Below, one piece after another: positions 58,112 to 64,000 of a DNA stretch of 64,000 bases. Every line of letters begins with the position of its first letter. Within the stretch, counting starts at the first letter, position 1. The notes below the pieces were generated by a model, which was given only the letters and a program-made list of their open reading frames with translations, was not told the DNA's origin and ran no database searches. The position numbers and the translations under genes are program-made. The stretch lies in the IMG/VR virus record IMGVR_UViG_3300032007_000068, positions 11,926-75,925 of that record; one strand, 5' to 3'. The DNA comes from a virus. Lineage: Duplodnaviria; Caudoviricetes.

Positions 58112-59086
58112 TTAGGCGCCGCCACGAGTATTGTTCAAACCAATATCGCGTGTTTTATAAAAATCTATGTAATAACTTTCTCGTTCATTTAATTTTAAAG
58201 GTGGAACTTCTTCCAATATTTCGAAAGTAAAGTTCTAAACCCCGTATTCTTGCATCGCTCTATATAAAGCATTTGAAGCAGGAGCAAAAGCTAACCCGGC
58301 TTTAATGTGTTGAGTCCACCGAGTTTTGATATCAACAGACTAACCAACATACATTTTCCCATTAGACAAACAAGTAATACGATAAATACCGCTTACTTTA
58401 TTTGCGGAAGTAAAAGTATGTGAAGCTAAAATATCAAAAGCGGGTTTAAAATAAACACTCCATAACACTTTATCTATTGCGTCTTTATGTGTTAATTGAA
58501 GTTGTATATTTCGTAATATATTAACGTCCATTTCATCAGTTTTAGATAATGCTAAACGCCAATAATCCTACTCCGCTGCTATCTTTTCTTGACGAGCTTT
58601 TTCTTCTATGTATGCCTATTGTTTAGCTTGCAAGTCTGCCACTTTTGCTTCTTCTTGGGCTTTTTCATCAAGAGTAGCCAACAATAGAGAACGATAACGA
58701 CTTTGCTCCTATTCCCATAACTATCTTAAATCAGCTATAGCCTCTTGATATTTAATATCTGCTTGTTCTCCTGCTTGTGCTTTTATATTTTCAATTTCTT
58801 CTTTGGCATCCCGCGCTTGCGTTTTTAAAACTTCAGTCGTGCGGCGGGTAGACTCTAAAATACGTTCCTATGCAACAACTAAGTTTTTAATATTAGTTAC
58901 TTGCTCCTGTTTCTCACTATATTCTTTTTTTAATGCTTCGTTCTGCTGAATAATTTGGGTATTTTCTTGTTCTATGGCTTCATTGCGGGAAATAATTTTA
59001 TATTTTTGCTATTTATATTGATGATTCTAATATAGCAGTATTCCCGCAACTATAAATAAGAAGCCGCAAATAAGGTATATCCACAT
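58112..59086 (-). CDS. N-terminally membrane-anchored coiled-coil protein with a C-terminal GIY-YIG nuclease, 324 aa (code 15; mostly absent from track)
   Basis: MWIYLICGFLFIVAGILLY (TM), then a Q/E/K-rich coiled coil, then SGIYRITCLSNGKMYVG[TAG]SVDIKTRWTQH...FTFEILEE...LNERESYYI...GLN. Confidence 0.85.
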
Positions 59087-59126
59087 AATAAAAGAAAAGG
59101 AGGAGTTATGGCTCCTCCTTTATAAA

Positions 59127-59414
59127 TTACTCAGCGGCCTTCGGAGTCTCGGGCATATCGTCCGGGTCAATCGTAACACCAACATCAGTAAGCTTCAGAA
59201 GCTTAATAGCGGTATGCGTGCCATCAGCATTCTCTACCTCGGCGGGGACGCGAACACCCCAGCCCTTCTTCTGCCAAGAAGTGAAACTACCATCAACCTT
59301 GCGCTTGTCAAGGTCAAGAGCGGCAGCAACGTCAGCAGCGGTGAGGTCCTTATCCATATTGTCCCTCAGATAAACAAAAATCTTCTTAGAGTTCTCGGTC
59401 ATAGGCTTTCCCAT
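59127..59414 (-). CDS. Small winged-helix DNA-binding protein
   Basis: SKKIFVYLR...LTAADVAAALDLDKRKVDGSFTSWQKKGWGVR...KLTDVG wHTH pattern. Confidence 0.6.
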   Translation of the reverse strand: MGKPMTENSKKIFVYLRDNMDKDLTAADVAAALDLDKRKVDGSFTSWQKKGWGVRVPAEVENADGTHTAIKLLKLTDVGVTIDPDDMPETPKAAE

Positions 59415-59441
59415 AATAAATTTCTCCTTTAAAATAAAATA

Positions 59442-59654
59442 TTAGTTTTCTTGTTCGGCAAGCGCCTTTTGTACTTTAAGGTCAATCTCACCCATAATTT
59501 CAATGCCATTAGGCAGACAACCTAACATACCACTTAATTGGAGTATCCGATTTTCTGCTTTGGCTTTTTCTTCCTTCGTAGCCGAAGGATTTTGATGGAT
59601 TAATTCTAGCTCAATAATCTGCTAAGCTAGCTTGTTAATCTACTTTTTATTCAT
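59442..59654 (-). CDS. Small hypothetical protein, 70 aa (two TAG)
   Basis: ATG downstream of a promoter and AAAGGA. MNKKQINKLAQQIIELE...; ends in TAA. Confidence 0.6.
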
Positions 59655-59687
59655 TCGTAATTTCCTTTACTCTTGAATTATGTATAT

Positions 59688-59716
59688 ATTATAAAATATT
59701 TTTTATTTTTTTTCAA
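59688..59716 (-). promoter_or_regulatory. sigmaA-type promoter
   Basis: TTGAAA-17-TATAAT. Confidence 0.6.
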
Positions 59717-59747
59717 CTGCTCAAGGTCATTACTTGCGGATAACAGT

Positions 59748-60866
59748 TTAAAAAATCTCGCTAATGCGGCATTCAGAAGCATTCTTATCGTCACGCCAAG
59801 CGCAAAATACTGGATGCCGCAAGGTGTGTTCTTTGCGGTCAATAGACATACATCTAAGTGAAACTACTTTACCAACAAATGCTTCAGGATTATCTCCCAT
59901 CGCCTCTCTATCCTCATCGGTAAAACCAGATGATACAGTACCTAACTCTATAAGCTGGCCTTTATCATCATATGCTCCAATGCCGATAGAAGTGTGCCAA
60001 CCTAACGCATAAGGTTTAGTAACCGGTTCCCATCCCTCTATGCCATATTGGCTTGTCAAAGCTAAGACAGTCCGTTCATCTGGCTGTAACCGTTTTTCCC
60101 AATAAGGCCAAGTTTTCACTTCTTTCCCAGTATATTCACGAGTTGCGGGAATAGTACGGGTGCACACTAGGTCTATGGTATCCATTTGCTTAGCTTTCAT
60201 CGTCTCTCGGGCTGGTCGCTTTCCGGGCGTGTAAATACTCTCATATTTCTTTAGCACCATCCCCTCTTCGCCAGCCCGCAGAGCGTTGGCTATAGCCGTG
60301 TCTATATCCTCGGTTACGACATCAGCTAATTCTAAAAACGAATACTGAGAAAAGTTATTGGTTTCCCAAATTTCTTTAAGCTTTTGATATCTATCCCAAG
60401 CTCCTATATTAATCATATTTATGCCATTATAATAAATCATATCGTGACAATAAAAATGAATAGGATTATTCTTTTGTCTTTCTATTGCTTTTGCGGGAAG
60501 ACAACCCATTATAGTAGTAACATTTTTACTAGTCCCACCCGGGTAGTAAATTTCACCAACAATAATAGTATTAGGGGGAAGAACATCAAAAGCCTCAATA
60601 ATATGTGGAATATTAGCAGATTTTTCACTTAAAAGTCCAGTAACTGTTGATACCGTGCGCCCAAATAAATAAGTATGATGAAGCGTCTTGACCAGCATAT
60701 AACAAGCCCCGTCCTTTTTAAGCTGAGCAAAATATTGCCCACTCGCGCAAGCGTCTGCCAACTCAGTAGGTTTAGTTGGTTTCCATATGAGGCCAGGAGG
60801 TATCATTAACTCCCCAGCCTCGGGATATAACTGTTCTACTTTTCCTTCGTCAAAGTATTCATTCAT
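59748..60866 (-). CDS. ATP-dependent DNA ligase
   Basis: KxDG (QLKKDGAC), IVGEIY, EEGMVLK, MKAK, GTVSSGF, LRHPVF. Confidence 0.92.
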   Translation of the reverse strand: MNEYFDEGKVEQLYPEAGELMIPPGLIWKPTKPTELADACASGQYFAQLKKDGACYMLVKTLHHTYLFGRTVSTVTGLLSEKSANIPHIIEAFDVLPPNTIIVGEIYYPGGTSKNVTTIMGCLPAKAIERQKNNPIHFYCHDMIYYNGINMINIGAWDRYQKLKEIWETNNFSQYSFLELADVVTEDIDTAIANALRAGEEGMVLKKYESIYTPGKRPARETMKAKQMDTIDLVCTRTIPATREYTGKEVKTWPYWEKRLQPDERTVLALTSQYGIEGWEPVTKPYALGWHTSIGIGAYDDKGQLIELGTVSSGFTDEDREAMGDNPEAFVGKVVSLRCMSIDRKEHTLRHPVFCAWRDDKNASECRISEIF

Positions 60867-61014
60867 CTACAGATACCTCGTCTAGTTTATCTAATAAGGT
60901 TTGAAGAATAAAACAGGCAGTAGTAAATTCGGTAGTATTATTTATTAAATAGTCTCTAAATCCATCACTTAAAATAAAATGTCGAACATTGTCTAAATCT
61001 ACTTCTACATTCAT
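60859..61014 (-). CDS. Small hypothetical protein, 51 aa
   Basis: ATG after AAGGTGAG. Its TGA overlaps the ligase start. Confidence 0.5.
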   Translation of the reverse strand: MNVEVDLDNVRHFILSDGFRDYLINNTTEFTTACFILQTLLDKLDEVSVDE

Positions 61015-61066
61015 TTTTCTCACCTTCTATAAATATTATATAATATTTTTTTTATAAAGTAAAATC

Positions 61067-63436
61067 TTAAAATTTGCTCGCACTGACTATGGTATTGGTT
61101 TTAAGTAGAATATTACCCTGTGAATTTCTTCCTATAAGGGGTAACTCTTTTACTTCAAGAGCAATAGAGCTTTTGTCTCCGCTAATAAATATATGGTCTT
61201 TATCATTTACTGCGAAGGCAGTTTGCACTTCGCCGCTATAACCTACTAAGCCTCTGCTGGCTCGTGTTTGGGTATCATATTCAGTTAATAGAGTTCGTTT
61301 ACCCAAACCAGAAGAAGAAATATATAGCAACTCGGTATCCGTCGCGCGCAGCGGCCGCATTGCTACAACGTAGTCATCCTCTTTTAACGCTATGCCCTTT
61401 ACTCCTTGCGCAGCGCGGGAAGACACGCCAAAGCTGGTTGAGGATACTCTAAGAGTAAAGCCTTTACGGGTGATAATTACTATTTCTTCATCATTTACAA
61501 AATCTACGGCTACTAAGCTATCTCCATCTTTAAAGTTGATAGCCGTAATACCAGAACGCTTAGTGGATAAGAAATCGCTAAACAGAACTTTCTTTGTAAT
61601 ACCTTTTTTAGTAGTAAAAATAATATACTTATAAGGATTATTTTCGGCAAAAGTAGCATAAGCCATAGGAATTTCTTTATTTTCCAATTTAACTAATTCA
61701 AGTAAAGAAACTCCTTGCGAGACATTATTACCTTCTGGTATATCCGCTACTTTAATACGGTACATTTTACCCGTAGAAGTAAATATCATTAGCGTATCTG
61801 CGGTAGTGGTGAAACAAGAGAAGGCAGTAATTTGTCCAGCATTTTTAACGCCGGAGGTATTGCGGCGGGCAGTCTTGAAAGCCGATTTGGGGATGCGCTT
61901 AATTAAATGATTTTCAGTAACAACAACCGCAACATCCTCAGGAACGAACTCTACTACCTCTTTAGCCTTAGAAGTATCTTCAATGTCTACCAGTTTGGTG
62001 CGGCGTGCATCTCCATAGGTATCCCGTAGCCAAGTAATTGTGGTTATTAATTGTGCAGTTCGCTTATCTTTTTGAGTTAATAATTCTATACATTTAGCAA
62101 TAATATTGTATTTTTCTTGTAATTCATTATTCAATTCAGTTTTATCTATACGAGTAAGCTTGCCCAATTTCATATCAAGAATGGCATTAGCTTGAATTTC
62201 ATCAATAGCAAGGAAACTCATGAGTGCAACTCGCGCCGCTGCTCGATTATTAGACTGCTTAATCAATGCTATTACTTCATCAATTTTATCTACTGCGGCG
62301 ACTAACCCCTCCAGGATGTGTGCTCTTTCTTCTGCCTTTTGTTTATCAAACTCGGTTGCTTTTATTAGAACAGTCTCTTGATGGTCAATATAAGCTTTTA
62401 AAAGCTGTTTCATATTAAGCAGTTTAGGTGTTCCATTAACAATAAAGTTCATATTATAAGAAACCGTTGTCTGCAAATCGGTTAATGCAAATAATTTATT
62501 TAATACTTTATCAGTAGAAACTTTAGGTTTAATAGAAAATACTAAACGATTTTGTCCAATACTAGATTCATCCACAAAATCATCAATTAATTCATCAAAA
62601 ATATCTACATTTTTTTCTATTTGTTCTCTAATTTTATTGCGATAAGTGCGATAAGGGATTGTTGTAAATATAATCTTATTATCGTGAATTTCATACTCTC
62701 CTCGTACTTTCAGAGAAGTAGAAGTTTTACCAGTACTATATGCTTTGCGGATTTCAGATTTGTTAATTATGGTTGAAGGCAAAGGAAAATCTGGGGCTGG
62801 CATTTCTTCAATAATTTCGTCTATAGTTATATCACCCTGCCGCAAATAACGGATTGCAGCGTTGCAAACCTCTGTTAGATTGTGACAAGGGGTAGAATGA
62901 GCCATTGATACGCCTATTGTTTGGCGTCCGTTGCATAGAGCGTTGGGGAATAAACCTGGCAGCACTACCGGTTCCATAAATTCACTATTATATGTTTCTT
63001 TAAGTGGAACGACATTCTTTTTAAAATCTCGCATCATTAAATCCGCGTAAATAGAGGGTTTGGCCTCCGTATATCTAGAACTGGCCACCATGTCATTACT
63101 TTCTTGGGTACCTAGCGAACCTTGTCCAGTAATAAGCGGATACCGCATCAGATATGCCTGAGACATTTTACATAATACACCATAACAGCTAGCATCGCCG
63201 TGGAAATAGCTGGTAGCTAGCGTCGAGCCTACCAGTGCTTGGCACTTTTTAGTCTTGCTTTTGCTATCCATTTTTAAATAATCTTCCATTGTCCAGAGGA
63301 GCTTGCGCTGCGCGCTTAAAAGGCCGTCTTCGGCAGAGGGTATGGCGCGGTCAGTTAGTACTTCAGAGCTATATACTAAAAAATTATCTCTTGCTTCATC
63401 GCATAAATCAACTTCTGTAATAAAATTGTCAGCCAT
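61067..63436 (-). CDS. gyrA: Type IIA DNA topoisomerase subunit A (GyrA/ParC-like)
   Basis: YSSEVLTDRAIP...DGL...QR, YFHGDASCY, ASSRYTE (catalytic Tyr) and a C-terminal beta-pinwheel. The GyrA box is degenerate. No TAG in 789 codons. Confidence 0.92.
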   Translation of the reverse strand: MADNFITEVDLCDEARDNFLVYSSEVLTDRAIPSAEDGLLSAQRKLLWTMEDYLKMDSKSKTKKCQALVGSTLATSYFHGDASCYGVLCKMSQAYLMRYPLITGQGSLGTQESNDMVASSRYTEAKPSIYADLMMRDFKKNVVPLKETYNSEFMEPVVLPGLFPNALCNGRQTIGVSMAHSTPCHNLTEVCNAAIRYLRQGDITIDEIIEEMPAPDFPLPSTIINKSEIRKAYSTGKTSTSLKVRGEYEIHDNKIIFTTIPYRTYRNKIREQIEKNVDIFDELIDDFVDESSIGQNRLVFSIKPKVSTDKVLNKLFALTDLQTTVSYNMNFIVNGTPKLLNMKQLLKAYIDHQETVLIKATEFDKQKAEERAHILEGLVAAVDKIDEVIALIKQSNNRAAARVALMSFLAIDEIQANAILDMKLGKLTRIDKTELNNELQEKYNIIAKCIELLTQKDKRTAQLITTITWLRDTYGDARRTKLVDIEDTSKAKEVVEFVPEDVAVVVTENHLIKRIPKSAFKTARRNTSGVKNAGQITAFSCFTTTADTLMIFTSTGKMYRIKVADIPEGNNVSQGVSLLELVKLENKEIPMAYATFAENNPYKYIIFTTKKGITKKVLFSDFLSTKRSGITAINFKDGDSLVAVDFVNDEEIVIITRKGFTLRVSSTSFGVSSRAAQGVKGIALKEDDYVVAMRPLRATDTELLYISSSGLGKRTLLTEYDTQTRASRGLVGYSGEVQTAFAVNDKDHIFISGDKSSIALEVKELPLIGRNSQGNILLKTNTIVSASKF

Positions 63437-63447
63437 TCTTTACCTCC

Positions 63448-63999
63448 TTAATCAAAGTTAAAGCCAAGCTCTTTGGCATTATCATATATATACTGTTTCC
63501 TTTTTTCTACATTGGTCCCCATAAGCGTGTTTAACAGTTCGGTACAAGCAACCGCATCGTTAATTGTAATGCGCTTATATCGTTCGTTTTCAAAGCAGAC
63601 TTTTCGGAGGTCGGCTGGGTTTAATTCTCCTAAGCCTTTAGCCCTGAGTACCTCATAGCCAGAGGAATGCGTCCGCTTGTATTCGTCCATTTCCGCTTCG
63701 GTATATAAATATTCTTCTTTCCCTTTGTTACGAATAATATATAGAGGCGTAATGGCTCGATATAGCCGTCCGTCTTCAATTAGCTTCCGCATATAAGTGT
63801 AGAAGAAAGTGATGCAAAGAAGCTCGATATTAGCACCATCACTGTCAGCATCACTGACGATTACAACGCGGTTAAAATTCATTTTAGCTAGGTCAAAAGT
63901 ATCCTTATAACCAGCCCCTATAATTTTTATAATATCACTAAGTTCTTGATTACTAAGAACTTTACTCTCATCTTGTTTTAAAACAGAAAGTATTTTTCC
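63448..63999 (-). CDS. gyrB: Type IIA DNA topoisomerase subunit B, C-terminal part (5'-truncated by the window)
   Basis: GKILSV, DADSDG (TOPRIM), KGLGELN. Confidence 0.9.
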   Translation of the reverse strand, partial: GKILSVLKQDESKVLSNQELSDIIKIIGAGYKDTFDLAKMNFNRVVIVSDADSDGANIELLCITFFYTYMRKLIEDGRLYRAITPLYIIRNKGKEEYLYTEAEMDEYKRTHSSGYEVLRAKGLGELNPADLRKVCFENERYKRITINDAVACTELLNTLMGTNVEKRKQYIYDNAKELGFNFD

Positions 64000-64000
64000 T

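Noticed and set aside
58112-59086. Free-standing homing endonuclease interpretation
   Set aside because: It has an N-terminal TM helix and coiled coil, the nuclease domain is C-terminal, and there are no NUMOD/HTH DNA-binding modules. It is treated as a distinct architecture.
61033-61063. sigmaA promoter upstream of the ligase operon
   Set aside because: TTTACT and TATAAT are 19 nt apart, and the 17-nt register gives TATATA. It is plausible but not well enough supported to list.
59764-61634. Short plus-strand ORFs overlapping ligase and gyrA
   Set aside because: Antisense shadows with no RBS or motif support.

Overview
A 64 kb segment of a large, AT-rich tailed-phage genome. The host is probably a gut Firmicute/Clostridia-type bacterium, inferred from the AGGAGG RBSs, sigmaA-type promoters, anaerobic RNR and gene content. 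The phage uses a recoded genetic code (TAG = Gln, code 15), so the supplied code-11 ORF track is fragmented. Reading TAG as Gln joins same-frame fragments into full genes that end in TAA/TGA, for example a 2922-aa tape measure protein. The + strand (1-33677) carries the tail module (tail tube, chaperone, tape measure, baseplate-type proteins), an adhesin-like cassette (collagen fibre, LRR_5 protein, GT2 glycosyltransferase, Gly-rich protein), a holin and an uncharacterised six-gene operon. The - strand (33696-64000) carries the replication and nucleotide-metabolism module: RuvC, dUTPase, NrdG/NrdD, guanylate kinase, DnaE, two adenine MTases, Dda-like helicase, RecJ, primase, DnaB, AAA ATPase, SSB-like protein, ligase and topoisomerase II A/B. 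Three group I introns interrupt nrdD, dnaE and the AAA ATPase, each with a different homing endonuclease family (HNH, GIY-YIG, LAGLIDADG). The main oddities are: a 5-nt insertion in the dnaE PHP motif with the geometry of a ribosomal stop-hop (AAC-UG-AAC); single TAG codons in conserved motifs of essential replication genes; intron endonucleases that differ in TAG use; a recurring 47-nt non-sigmaA promoter-like motif, sometimes followed directly by a terminator; and a membrane-anchored GIY-YIG nuclease. No tRNA, rRNA, CRISPR array, integrase or reverse transcriptase was seen. All coordinates and translations were derived by hand, and long reading frames were spot-checked rather than verified at every codon.
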